Below are positions 19,412-28,701 of a stretch of 64,000 bases of DNA, piece by piece. Each line of letters opens with the position of its first letter. Positions within the stretch are counted from its first letter, which is position 1. The notes under the pieces are model-generated. The model worked only from the letters and a program-made list of their open reading frames with translations. It had not been told where the DNA came from and searched no databases. Both the position numbers and the translations under genes were made by a program. The DNA lies in contig JAQGHG010000019.1 of the NCBI GenBank assembly GCA_028288925.1, forward strand, positions 72,047 through 136,046, given 5' to 3'. The stretch is from Patescibacteria group bacterium (GTDB lineage Bacteria; Patescibacteriota; Saccharimonadia; UBA4664).

Positions 19412-20005
19412 CTAGCGATACAACCCCTGCTGCCGCACATACTCCCGCACCCGCTCATCCAACTCCACCGACTGCTCACCCCGCCGCAAAGCCTCCCTCG
19501 CCTGCCGCGAAGACGCCTCGGTGTGGTCCGCGAAAGTGAACACCCGCGCGTCCAGCATCGTACCCAGCTCGTCCCCCAACCGCCCGCGCAAAGCCGCTAG
19601 CTCATCGCCCGTTCCTGGTCGTTGGGCTACCGCAAATGATGTATTCCGCACAACAAATTCGAACCCTTCCCAGCTGTCCAGACGCCCAATCGTATCCATA
19701 CCTACAATAAAAACAAACCGCTCGTCCGGATACCGCGCCATCAGCTGCGCAAACCCGGCCATCGTATGCAACCCGCGATAATCCTCCACGCGCAAGCCCG
19801 GCTCGCCCGCCACAGCCAGCTCCGCCATCGCCCGACGGTGCTCATAGGCCGTCACGCCGGCCTTATGCGCCGAGGCCACGTTCACTAGCAACCACACTTC
19901 AGCCAGATCGCACTCGCGCATCGCCGCCCGCGCCAGCGCCACATGCCCCAGATGCACCGGGTCAAAGGTGCCGGTCAGCAGACCGATCGCCGGGCGGCCG
20001 GTCAT
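19412..20005 (-). CDS. nadD: Nicotinate-nucleotide adenylyltransferase
   Basis: GTFDPVHLGH, FIVGMD, ASSRQAR, YVRQQGLY. Confidence 0.88.
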   Translation of the reverse strand: MTGRPAIGLLTGTFDPVHLGHVALARAAMRECDLAEVWLLVNVASAHKAGVTAYEHRRAMAELAVAGEPGLRVEDYRGLHTMAGFAQLMARYPDERFVFIVGMDTIGRLDSWEGFEFVVRNTSFAVAQRPGTGDELAALRGRLGDELGTMLDARVFTFADHTEASSRQAREALRRGEQSVELDERVREYVRQQGLYR

Positions 20006-20593
20006 TTACGAACCAAGTACTTGCCGCACCCGCTGTGCCACTTCCTCGGGCGTACCACTCGCGTCCACCTCCACCAGCAGCCCCTTTCCCCGGTAAAACT
20101 CCAGCGCCGGCACCACATCCTCGTTGTACCGCGTCCACCGCTCATCCTGCACGTGCTCCGCGTCGTCCGGCCGGGCGTGCACAGCAGCTCGCTTGGCGCT
20201 ACGCTTACGAGCCTCAGCCTCATCAATCTTGAGTGACACCACGTGCTCCAGCTGCCGCCCGATCGTCGGCAAAAACTCCACCACCCATTGGGCCTCAGCC
20301 AGCTTTTTGGCTCCATCAAAGACGATGGCCCGCTCTAGCGGCACACTGGTCAAAGCTTTGCGAATAAGCTCGCGGATATAATCCGACGGCGCCAAATCGC
20401 CCTTATTTACATCTGTCATTATGCTCGGGTCATTATCGCTCCGCAGCAAATCTCCGGCCGAAAATTGTACCGCCCCCAGATGCTCCGCCAACAATCCGAC
20501 CTGGGTCCCCTTGCCGGCATTTGGCGGCCCCACCACCACAATTACCCGGCCTGCTGTTTGATCACTCACAAGTTCCCACGTTCCTTTAATCAA
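20006..20593 (-). CDS. Adenylate kinase family protein
   Basis: GPPNAGKGTQ, SAGDLLR, RPDD. Confidence 0.85.
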   Translation of the reverse strand: MIKGTWELVSDQTAGRVIVVVGPPNAGKGTQVGLLAEHLGAVQFSAGDLLRSDNDPSIMTDVNKGDLAPSDYIRELIRKALTSVPLERAIVFDGAKKLAEAQWVVEFLPTIGRQLEHVVSLKIDEAEARKRSAKRAAVHARPDDAEHVQDERWTRYNEDVVPALEFYRGKGLLVEVDASGTPEEVAQRVRQVLGS

Positions 20594-20717
20594 ATGTGTT
20601 GCGACCCATTATAACCAGGCCAAAAGAAACAGACAAACAGATATGCCGGCTAAAGCTTCCACCTCAGCCTTTTCCCCATTTCCGCCAAAGTTATCCACTG
20701 GCAAAAATACCAGTCAT

Positions 20718-20735
20718 ATGACAACATGTAGTCAT
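20718..20735. promoter_or_regulatory. NrdR box-like palindrome over the nrdR start
   Basis: ATGACAACATGTAGTCAT resembles acaCwAtATaTwGtgt. Confidence 0.55.
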
Positions 20736-21177
20736 GAAATGTCCTTTTTGCCGCCAAACCAACACCGAGGTCTACAACACCCGCGGCACGAAGTTTGGTA
20801 CTCAAACCTGGCGCCGGCGACGCTGCCTAGACTGCGGCCAGGCCTTCACCACCTACGAGGCGCCCGATCTGCGCTTCCTCAAGGTCGCGAAATCTACGGG
20901 CAAGCCCCGGTCCTACTCCCGCGCCAAACTCTTCTCCGGCCTCTACGCCGCCTTCCTGGACGTACCGCACAAGGACGAGACCATCGACGCCGTCACCGAC
21001 ACCATCGAATCCAAGCTGCTAGATCTTCGCCAGTCGCAGGTCTCCACGCAACAAATCGCCGTCATTGTGTTGTCGACATTAAAACACTTCAATACCGCCG
21101 CCTTCTTGCGCTACCTTACCACCCATACCGATCTAGCATCACCCGGCCAACTCGCCCGCGAGCTTAAGCGGTACTAA
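20734..21177 (+). CDS. nrdR: NrdR transcriptional repressor
   Basis: MKCPFC...RRRRCLDCGQAFTTYE zinc ribbon plus ATP-cone-like region. Confidence 0.88.
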   Translation: MKCPFCRQTNTEVYNTRGTKFGTQTWRRRRCLDCGQAFTTYEAPDLRFLKVAKSTGKPRSYSRAKLFSGLYAAFLDVPHKDETIDAVTDTIESKLLDLRQSQVSTQQIAVIVLSTLKHFNTAAFLRYLTTHTDLASPGQLARELKRY

Positions 21178-21240
21178 GGAGCCTCCCTGGCCGAGGAGGC
21201 TCCCAACGCAAGGAGGCTCCTCGTACGAGGAGCCTCCTTT
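21178..21240. repeat. GGAG(G/C)CTCC array, 4 copies, forming a terminator-like hairpin
   Basis: Copies at 21178, 21195, 21212, 21229; last two form AGGAGGCTCCTCG-TA-CGAGGAGCCTCCT plus T-tract. Confidence 0.85.
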
Positions 21241-21265
21241 TTTCCGGACCAAAGGGCCGAAGAAC

Positions 21266-21961
21266 CTACTTTTTGTCGCGCCGGTCCTTGGTGCCTTCGT
21301 TCTCTTCGCTCACCACTACCGGCTTCTCTTCCTTCACGCCCTCAGGGAGCTCATTGGCTTCGTCCACCGCCTCATCCAGCTCTTCCATCTCAGCATCGCT
21401 ACGAGGAGGCTCTACGCGCGCCACGAGGGTATCTAGTTCCTCGTTGGTCACCAGCTTCACACCGGCCGGGATCTTCAGGTCGCCCAGCGTAATCGTCTTC
21501 TCGAAGTCATCGAGCACCGTGATGTCGACTTCCAAGAATTCCGGCAGGTCGCCCGGCAGACATTCTACCTCGACCGCCTCGACGTTCTTCAGGAGCGTAC
21601 CTTCTTCCTGGAAGACCGCGATGGATTCGCCCACGAAGTGCAGCGGCACCTCGGCCTTGAGCTCTTCATCCATGCGTACCACGAACAAGTCGACGTGGGT
21701 CAGGCCGCCCTTAAGCGAGTCCCGTTGCACATCGGAGATAAGGACGTTGCGCGCCCGGCCTTCGCCGATCTGCAAATTCACAATCTTGTTGCCGCCGGCC
21801 AAGTGGAAGACCTTCTCGATCACCTTCGACTCCAGCTCCACCGGCTCCGACTTCAACCCCTTGCCGTATACTACGGCCGGAACTTTACCCTCAGCCCGCA
21901 ACCGTTTGGCCTTCTTACCCAGAACTGTACGTTTGGCTGCTGCCAATTCAATTTTTTCCAT
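21266..21961 (-). CDS. rplY: 50S ribosomal protein L25/CTC
   Basis: LRAEGKVPAVVYG, HVDL, VPLHFVGES. Confidence 0.95.
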   Translation of the reverse strand: MEKIELAAAKRTVLGKKAKRLRAEGKVPAVVYGKGLKSEPVELESKVIEKVFHLAGGNKIVNLQIGEGRARNVLISDVQRDSLKGGLTHVDLFVVRMDEELKAEVPLHFVGESIAVFQEEGTLLKNVEAVEVECLPGDLPEFLEVDITVLDDFEKTITLGDLKIPAGVKLVTNEELDTLVARVEPPRSDAEMEELDEAVDEANELPEGVKEEKPVVVSEENEGTKDRRDKK

Positions 21962-22290
21962 TACTTACCTTTCTTCACGAATGTCTTTGATTTAGAGATC
22001 CAGCGGTGAAACTCCGCGATCTCACCGGCAGTAATGGCGCCCTTGGAGGCAAATTTGGCCTCCTCGCTCTGCCGCAAATCGGATTTGCGCTTGGCGCCGC
22101 CCTTGCCATTCACGCTCACTGTGGCTAATACCGGTAGAGAGCAATTATGACAGGAAAGCTGCACAAAGCAATACAAATCGATCTCCCCCAAGAACCGAAT
22201 GTCATCAAAATGATAATTCGTCTCACACGAGGGACACTTATAGAACTCCTGCAAGTTCCGGATAAGTTCCTGTAAATACTTTGGCTGCAT
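21961..22290 (-). CDS. Hypothetical zinc-ribbon protein
   Basis: CPSC...CHNC; stop overlaps rplY start. Confidence 0.75.
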   Translation of the reverse strand: MQPKYLQELIRNLQEFYKCPSCETNYHFDDIRFLGEIDLYCFVQLSCHNCSLPVLATVSVNGKGGAKRKSDLRQSEEAKFASKGAITAGEIAEFHRWISKSKTFVKKGK

Positions 22291-22419
22291 AGGGTGCTCC
22301 CCCGTTACAATCCCATCTTACCATCCGGGCCCACCCAGCAACAAACATAGGGGTTACCGAAAAAGCCGGGCTTATGGGACGGTTTGTTTGGGGCTTTGCC
22401 GTAGGACTTTACGCCCCGG

Positions 22420-23481
22420 CTACTTCACCACAACCTTGCGGCGGCGCGACCAATCGCGCCAAATGAGGCCTCCGATCGCCGCCGCCATCGAGGCTACCAG
22501 CACCCCCATGGCCACCAGCTTAGCCATTGAGTCGGCCATCACGGCCACGGTGCCAAATACACCAGCCACCGCGTACAGCGTAAGCACCGCCTGGCGCTGG
22601 CTCATGCCGGCATCGATCAGCAAGTGGTGAAAATGCTGCCGGTCAGCCCGAAACGGCGAGGTCCGCCGCGCCAGCCGCCGCGTAGCCGCCCACAACGCGT
22701 CAATGATCGGAAAGCCCAGCACCAGCGCCGCCGTCGCGATCTTGGCGCCCGAATATATCGACAGCATCGCCAGTACCAACCCCAAGAAATACGCCCCCGA
22801 ATCGCCCATGAATATCCGCGCCGGAAAGAAATTATAAGGCAAGAAACCCAGCGCCGCCCCCGCCAGCACGATCGCCAATAACGCCACCGCCGGCTGGTGC
22901 ACCTCCGGCCCCACTGCCACCGCGAACATCACCAGAGCCGCGATCCCACTCACGCCGCAGGCCAGGCCGTCCAAGCCATCCAGAAAATTCACCGTATTGG
23001 CCAGCCCCACCATCCAAATCAAGCTCAACGCGTTGGCGATCGGCATAATGTGAAAATGTACGCCCAGCAGCTCAAAATTAGTCCGCCCCCAGCTCAAGTC
23101 AATCGTCCCGCCCAAAGGGTTGGTAATGCTCGTAATGCCGATGCCGCCCGCCAGCGCCACGCCGGCCGCCACAAACTGCCACGCCAGCTTGGTCCATGGC
23201 GAGAGACCGCGCTTGTCGTCCACTATACCCACCACTACCAGAATCGCGCAGCCCACCAGCAACGCCGCCAGCTGCCGATTGAGCGGCGCCAGCGCCAACA
23301 CCGCCAGCGCGAAGCCCACGAATATCGCCACGCCGCCCAGATACGCCACCGGCCGCTTATGAATCTTGCGCGCCTCGCTCGGCTGGTCCATGACGCCATG
23401 CGCCAAGGCGTACCGCCGCACTAGCGGCGTCGCCACCGCGCTCACCGCGAATGCCAACCCAAATCCCAGCAGGTAGTTCAT
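22420..23481 (-). CDS. MraY/WecA/TagO-family undecaprenyl-phosphate GlcNAc-1-P transferase
   Basis: RKIHKRP..LGG, GIVDD, NFLDGLDGLA, FMGDSG, HFHH. Confidence 0.92.
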   Translation of the reverse strand: MNYLLGFGLAFAVSAVATPLVRRYALAHGVMDQPSEARKIHKRPVAYLGGVAIFVGFALAVLALAPLNRQLAALLVGCAILVVVGIVDDKRGLSPWTKLAWQFVAAGVALAGGIGITSITNPLGGTIDLSWGRTNFELLGVHFHIMPIANALSLIWMVGLANTVNFLDGLDGLACGVSGIAALVMFAVAVGPEVHQPAVALLAIVLAGAALGFLPYNFFPARIFMGDSGAYFLGLVLAMLSIYSGAKIATAALVLGFPIIDALWAATRRLARRTSPFRADRQHFHHLLIDAGMSQRQAVLTLYAVAGVFGTVAVMADSMAKLVAMGVLVASMAAAIGGLIWRDWSRRRKVVVK

Positions 23482-23522
23482 ACTATGCGGCCCTCCCACC
23501 AGCATGAGCCAAAGCGGCCTGA

Positions 23523-23627
23523 GCGGAGGTACGGACGGACCCACCATTAGCTCTGAGCCAGGATACACTCGTATGCTCCAAGCCGTCCAAGGCGCGAAGG
23601 TCTAATGTGGGCCGATCGTACCTCCGC
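23523..23627. ncRNA. Candidate structured RNA, 105 nt rod-like hairpin
   Basis: Perfect 11 bp closing stem GCGGAGGTACG/CGTACCTCCGC plus inner stems; family unknown. Confidence 0.5.
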
Positions 23628-23634
23628 GAAAAAG

Positions 23635-25323
23635 TCATTTCTTCTTCGTAGCCTTAGGAGTCACATAAAATTCCAAATAGCGCCCAAACATCAACCGCGT
23701 CTGCGCGTTAATCGCCGCGAACGCCGAGAAACACATACTCGTGATCGGCAGCAACGACCACTGGCCGATCATCACCAAGAACCGCCAACCCCGGTAGCGC
23801 TCCGGCTTGGGCGGTAGCGAAATCACGCTGATGAAAATGGTAATCGCAATCGTCACCGAAGCCAGCGTCAGAATCCGCGAGGTGATGATCGGCAGGTTAT
23901 GCGCCAACGACTGGTACGAAAACTGCCGGTTCAAAAACAGCGGCAGCCAAGCCACAAACGTCAAAATCAGCGGCGCCGTCGCCCACGAGAAGTGCCCCTC
24001 GAACAACCGCCCTATCTGCACCAGCTTATTACTCCAGGGGATCTTCTTGTTCTTAATCGCATTGCGTACCACGTACGAAAAATCGCTCACTCCCCAGGCC
24101 CACCGCCGCAGCTGCAAAAACTGCACCTTAAACGTCTTGAGCAGCGTCGAATCCAGGACGGCATCCTGATACACCGGCGTAAACACCGGCACCACCTCGT
24201 GGTCGCCGTCGTACGTAAAGTACGTCCGCCAGAATTGGTGGCCGTCCTCCACGATCGTCGTCACACTCCAGTAATCTGTGGCGATCAGTGCGGCTAGGCT
24301 CTGGGCGTGCGCCGCGAAGTTGCGTAGCCGGTGCGGGCGCATCGTCTCCATCAGCAGCCAAAACGAGTTACCCGTCGCGATCACCCGCATCGGCGCCGGC
24401 ACATCCCAAATATTGTTGTAAAACATCGGAATCGGCTGAAAACTCTTGTGTATGCGATTGGGGTCACTCGCGTACAAGTACGACAGGTACGCGAAATAGT
24501 TTTGGCTCGCCCGGTGGTCACTATCAAAAGTCGTCACCACCACGTGCTCCGGATCAATTCCCCGCTTCTCGACCTCGGCCGTCAGCCTACGCCCGGCGTA
24601 AGTAATGTTTCCGCCTTTGCCAATAATTTCACCTTCTAGCCCGTAGGGATGTTTTACCGCCATCGCTAGCCCAAATTTGTCACCGTAGCGCCTGATCAGC
24701 TCCTTGACGTTCGCCTCGATCTCCGCGCCGCCCCGTTCCTCGTAGGCTATCACCACCATCAGGCGCTCCAGCGGGAAGTCCACCTCGGTAAGCGACCGGA
24801 TCGAAGGGTCCAGTGTGTCCATCGACTCGTTGTATGTAGCTACGACTACCGCGTGGTACACCGTATCCGGGTCCATCAGTGTGGTGCGATGGGCCATTAG
24901 CGTGGCCAGTTGCTCCTGGTCATCCCTGAGCAGCCGGAAATGTTTGCGCGCCGGAGTGTCCCGCCACCACCATCGCCGCCGCGCATGTGGATACTTTTTT
25001 ACCAATGAACGAATCGCCTCTTCATTCTGAACAATAAATTTATCCGGGTCTTTCAGCCAGTCCAACCGGGCACTCCAGTTCAACTTCTGCGCCAAGTGTA
25101 ATCTACGGTAGCCGCGAATCAAATTTATACTCAGACGGAACGACTTGATCATCCAGTACAGATCAAAAGCGATAATAAAGTACGCCACCCACACCGGCTC
25201 TATCAGGCTGAGCACAATCGGCAATGTCAGCGTCAACCACGTCACCGCCCCGGGAAAGATCTCCAAGAGCCGCACAAACCACCGCTCATCTGCCCAGTGT
25301 GTCGTAGCGGTAGAAGTAGCCAT
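23635..25323 (-). CDS. Membrane GT2-family glycosyltransferase
   Basis: ATYNES, GKGGN, FDSD, IVED, QLRRWAWG; several TM segments. Confidence 0.88.
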   Translation of the reverse strand: MATSTATTHWADERWFVRLLEIFPGAVTWLTLTLPIVLSLIEPVWVAYFIIAFDLYWMIKSFRLSINLIRGYRRLHLAQKLNWSARLDWLKDPDKFIVQNEEAIRSLVKKYPHARRRWWWRDTPARKHFRLLRDDQEQLATLMAHRTTLMDPDTVYHAVVVATYNESMDTLDPSIRSLTEVDFPLERLMVVIAYEERGGAEIEANVKELIRRYGDKFGLAMAVKHPYGLEGEIIGKGGNITYAGRRLTAEVEKRGIDPEHVVVTTFDSDHRASQNYFAYLSYLYASDPNRIHKSFQPIPMFYNNIWDVPAPMRVIATGNSFWLLMETMRPHRLRNFAAHAQSLAALIATDYWSVTTIVEDGHQFWRTYFTYDGDHEVVPVFTPVYQDAVLDSTLLKTFKVQFLQLRRWAWGVSDFSYVVRNAIKNKKIPWSNKLVQIGRLFEGHFSWATAPLILTFVAWLPLFLNRQFSYQSLAHNLPIITSRILTLASVTIAITIFISVISLPPKPERYRGWRFLVMIGQWSLLPITSMCFSAFAAINAQTRLMFGRYLEFYVTPKATKKK

Positions 25324-25730
25324 TACCGGACCACCCCAAAGGCCATCGAGATAATGAAGCTAAAGATCGCCACAACCCCCGAACCCGTCAGCAAAAAGAA
25401 GCTGGCCAGCCGGCTACGACCGAAGCCATGGTAGGCAAAATAACCGTTTACGAGCGTCACGCCCAGGGCGAAAAAAACGATAAGAAACGGAGAGTACCAC
25501 GGACCGAGCAGATCAAACCCCCCGCCCAGATTCGAATAACGCGTCGGCACCGGCACATCGGTAGGATGCACGCGCAATACCAGGCCCACCAGATTCAGAC
25601 CGTTCACCAGCAAAGCCCCTACCAATATGGCCACACTCAACCGGTCACGAAAAAAGCGCTGTTTCAGCACATCGTTCAGACTATCTTGAAGAGTCCGCCG
25701 AAGCGAGCTCAGGGGCGGAAAGCCATTCAT
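25323..25730 (-). CDS. Hypothetical membrane protein (3 TM)
   Basis: Three hydrophobic segments; stop overlaps GT2 start; start chosen after TATAAT. Confidence 0.7.
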   Translation of the reverse strand: MNGFPPLSSLRRTLQDSLNDVLKQRFFRDRLSVAILVGALLVNGLNLVGLVLRVHPTDVPVPTRYSNLGGGFDLLGPWYSPFLIVFFALGVTLVNGYFAYHGFGRSRLASFFLLTGSGVVAIFSFIISMAFGVVR

Positions 25731-25790
25731 ACGCATCATTATACCATTGTCACGTCCGTCCATCGATCTAAGCGTCATCCGGCCATAATG

Positions 25791-26113
25791 TGCGGAGTTC
25801 CGCCCCGGGCACGCACCCGGGGCGGAACCATCGGCAGGCTGGTCAAACACACTGCTTCAGACGATGATTGCCAGTGTTGCCGACCCATACGTCCGGCACT
25901 AGAACAGGCCTCGCGGCTCCCAACAGGCGCGTTATGTGATCGCTCTGGATGCCGTCCCACACCGTTGACCCCTGACCCGCGTCGTTCTGGACGCGTTGGC
26001 CGGTGGTCTGGCACACCACCGTTACAACATCGCCCCGCATGCTCGTATGATCCGAGCAGAAAGGCGCGGTCACACTGTAGGTGGACGTCTAGGGTACGGG
26101 ACTCTGCATTTTT
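25791..26113 (+). ncRNA. Candidate large structured ncRNA of unknown family
   Basis: At least 8 stems found by eye; G-U wobbles favour + strand; CATAAT upstream, T-tract downstream; no credible ORF. Confidence 0.65.
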
Positions 26114-26171
26114 AAATAATCACCATCGCCCAATCAATGAGCATACTTCTAAAGCCCACAACCCTCTATCT

Positions 26172-27257
26172 TCACCGCCGGCCATCAAACTCCTGCAAAC
26201 TTCGCATTAACGCATCAAAATCCCGACTCCCCAGGGACGGGAAATTCGCGATCCGCAAATGTTGCTCCTTGAAAGGTTTATACCCTTTGCCAAGCATTAA
26301 TCCATCCCCTGCTAGCCGCGCGTGAAGCGCCGCGTTGCCCCCGCGCACATCGGCCACTACTACCGTTGTCGAACGCCACAGCGAATCCGCCACAAATGGC
26401 TCCAGATGATCGCTACCTTCCAACACCTCATACAACCGCTTGGCCCGGCTCTGATTGGTAGCCCGCAGCTGCGGCACGCCGCCTGCCAGCATATCCGCGG
26501 CTACCCTGCCCAACAAATAAATCCCCAATACATTGGGCGTGGCCGGGGTTTGAAACTTGGCAGCCCCTTCGGCCAGCTCCACCAGATTATGAAAACTCCC
26601 TACCGCCGCGCCATCCCGGCGCAGCGCCGCCGCCCGCTCAAGCGCCCGCGGGCTCGCCACTACTACCCCCAAACCCGCCGGCAGCCCGAAGGCCTTTTGG
26701 ACCGAGAAAAACACAAAGTCGAGCCCCTCCCAGGGCAACTCCGCTAGCGGAGCAGACGACACCACATCAAGCGCCACCAGCCACCGGTGCGGTGGGCGCA
26801 CCAGACGGGCCAGATCAGCCGCCGCGAAAACCGTACCTGTGCTCGTCTCGTTGTGCGTCAGGCACAGCAGCTCGGTGTCGTCCGGCACTTCGTAGTCCCC
26901 TTGCGCGAACCCCTGCCCGGCCTCGGCCCGGCGTACCGTGGTGGTCTTGCCCAACTGGCCCGCTATCTGCAACCACTTCTCCGCGAACGCTCCGCTCACC
27001 AAATGGTGGCTGCGCCTATCCACCACACCCTGCACTACCCGCTCCATCGCCTCAGTGGCCGAGCCCACAAACATCAATGTGTAACCATCCGGCACACCCA
27101 TCAACTCACGTACCGCGACATCGGCCCGCCGGTAGATGTCCTTGAAAGCCTGCCCGCGATGGGACAACGAAACAATCTGCTCCGACCACGCATCATCCAG
27201 AAATTCCCGCAACCGCGGGTATGGCTCAGACGGCCCCGGCGTCAAATACACCGCCAT
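26172..27257 (-). CDS. serC: Phosphoserine aminotransferase (class V PLP enzyme)
   Basis: TPGPS, SHRG, HNETSTG, DVVSS, FSVQKAFGLPAGLG; directly after serA. Confidence 0.82.
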   Translation of the reverse strand: MAVYLTPGPSEPYPRLREFLDDAWSEQIVSLSHRGQAFKDIYRRADVAVRELMGVPDGYTLMFVGSATEAMERVVQGVVDRRSHHLVSGAFAEKWLQIAGQLGKTTTVRRAEAGQGFAQGDYEVPDDTELLCLTHNETSTGTVFAAADLARLVRPPHRWLVALDVVSSAPLAELPWEGLDFVFFSVQKAFGLPAGLGVVVASPRALERAAALRRDGAAVGSFHNLVELAEGAAKFQTPATPNVLGIYLLGRVAADMLAGGVPQLRATNQSRAKRLYEVLEGSDHLEPFVADSLWRSTTVVVADVRGGNAALHARLAGDGLMLGKGYKPFKEQHLRIANFPSLGSRDFDALMRSLQEFDGRR

Positions 27258-27258
27258 G

Positions 27259-28500
27259 CTAGTACAAAATTCTCAAACGAATAGTCTCCGGCATAGCCCG
27301 CAGCTGCCCGGCCGTCTCCGGCGAATACGACTCGTTGATGTCGGTGATGACGTAGCCTGTATCACCGCTCGTACCGAGATATTGCGCGTCGATATTGGCG
27401 CCCAGCTGCGACAGCGCGGTATTCATGCGGGCCAGCGCCCCCGCCGCGTTCCGGTGAATCCAAATCAGACGATGAGAGCCTTCCTGCGGTGGCAACGCCA
27501 AGCCCGGCATATTCACGCTCAGCGCCGTCCTGCCCTCATTAACGAAGTCCACCAGCTTAGACGCCACGAACCGCCCAATGTCGGCCTGAGCCTCCTCGGT
27601 GCTGCCCGCCACATGCGGGGTCAAGATAACGTTGGGCAGACCCTGCAATTCGGACACAAACCGTTCACCTTTATTCTTAGGCTCTTTCGGAAACACATCA
27701 ACCGCCGCTCCCGCCAAATGCCCGGAGTCCAAATGCCGCCTCAACGCCGCCGCGTCCACCACCATCCCCCGGCTCAAGTTCAAAAACAGCGATCCGGGCC
27801 GCATCAGAGCAAATTGCTCCTCGCCAAACGAACCTTTGTTGGCGGCCCGCCCATCCACATGCAACGTCACGACATCCACCGCCGCCAGCAGCTCCTCCAA
27901 ACTCTCGCACCGCTTGGCGTTGCCCAGGGACAGCTTATCCGCCAAGTCGTAGTAGTACACCCGCATGCCCAAATTTTCCGCCAGCACCGACAACTGCGAG
28001 CCGATATTACCATATCCCACAATCCCCAGCCGCCGGCCCCGCACCTCGTGGCTGCCCACCGCCGACTTGTCCCACTGGCCCGCGTGCGTTTTCGTATTCC
28101 TATCCATCAGCCGCCGGTTGAGCGCGATAATCTCGGCGATTGCCAGCTCCACCACGCTCCGGGTATTGCTAAAGGGCGCGTTAAACACCGCCACGCCCCG
28201 GCCCGCCGCCTCCACCAGATCGATCTGATTGGTCCCAATGCAAAACGCCCCCACCGCCAGCAACCGCTTGGCCCGCGCCAGAACCTTGGCATTCACCGTC
28301 GTATTAGACCGTATCCCCAAAATCGACACGTCCGCGATCCGCTCCACCAACTCCTCTTCCGTCAGCGAGCCCGTCAGCACCTCGGTCTGGTAGCCCTCCC
28401 GTTCCATCACCTCCAGCGCCGAAGGATGAATGTTCTCCAGTAGCAGCACCCGCGTGCGCTCCTTAGGAATTGAGTGCCTGGACTTGGTATGTTCCACCAT
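27259..28500 (-). CDS. serA: D-3-phosphoglycerate dehydrogenase
   Basis: LLLENIHP, GAFCIGTNQ, NAPFSNTRSVVE, GYGNIG, TPHVAGST, C-terminal ACT domain. Confidence 0.95.
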   Translation of the reverse strand: MVEHTKSRHSIPKERTRVLLLENIHPSALEVMEREGYQTEVLTGSLTEEELVERIADVSILGIRSNTTVNAKVLARAKRLLAVGAFCIGTNQIDLVEAAGRGVAVFNAPFSNTRSVVELAIAEIIALNRRLMDRNTKTHAGQWDKSAVGSHEVRGRRLGIVGYGNIGSQLSVLAENLGMRVYYYDLADKLSLGNAKRCESLEELLAAVDVVTLHVDGRAANKGSFGEEQFALMRPGSLFLNLSRGMVVDAAALRRHLDSGHLAGAAVDVFPKEPKNKGERFVSELQGLPNVILTPHVAGSTEEAQADIGRFVASKLVDFVNEGRTALSVNMPGLALPPQEGSHRLIWIHRNAAGALARMNTALSQLGANIDAQYLGTSGDTGYVITDINESYSPETAGQLRAMPETIRLRILY

Positions 28501-28549
28501 CTGCGCTCCTCCGGCTCATGGTCCATGACCACTAGTATATATAAATGCT

Positions 28550-28623
28550 TGGAGCGGGTAGAGGGAATCGAACCCTCGACTCAACCTTGGGAAGGTCGCG
28601 TTTTACCTCTAAACTATACCCGC
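28550..28623 (-). tRNA. tRNA-Gly(CCC)
   Basis: GCGGGTA...CGACC-TTCCCAA-GGTTG...GGTTCGATTCC...CCA. Confidence 0.96.
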
Positions 28624-28625
28624 AC

Positions 28626-28701
28626 TGGAGCCGATGAAGGGATTCGAACCCATGACCTTTGCTTTACGAAAGCACTGCTCTACCAACTGAGCTACATCGG
28701 C
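28626..28701 (-). tRNA. tRNA-Thr(CGT)
   Basis: GCCGATG...TGCT-TTCGTAA-AGCA...GGTTCGAATCC...CCA. Confidence 0.95.

Noticed and set aside
21178-21237. GGAGGCTCC arrays as mini-CRISPR
   Set aside because: 9 bp repeats and 8 bp spacers are far too short, and there are no cas genes in the window
22340-22420. RNase P-like fragments (AAAGCCGGGCTTA; AAAGTCC on the opposite strand)
   Set aside because: The two motifs are on opposite strands and the gap is too short
25797-25840. Permuted tmRNA (GGGGCGG...TCGGC start)
   Set aside because: No T-arm (GTTCRA), no G3-U70 pair and no CCA end
27136-28443. Long antisense ORFs (also 56617-57897, 2971-3846 and others)
   Set aside because: Shadows of well-supported genes in GC-rich DNA, with no recognisable motifs
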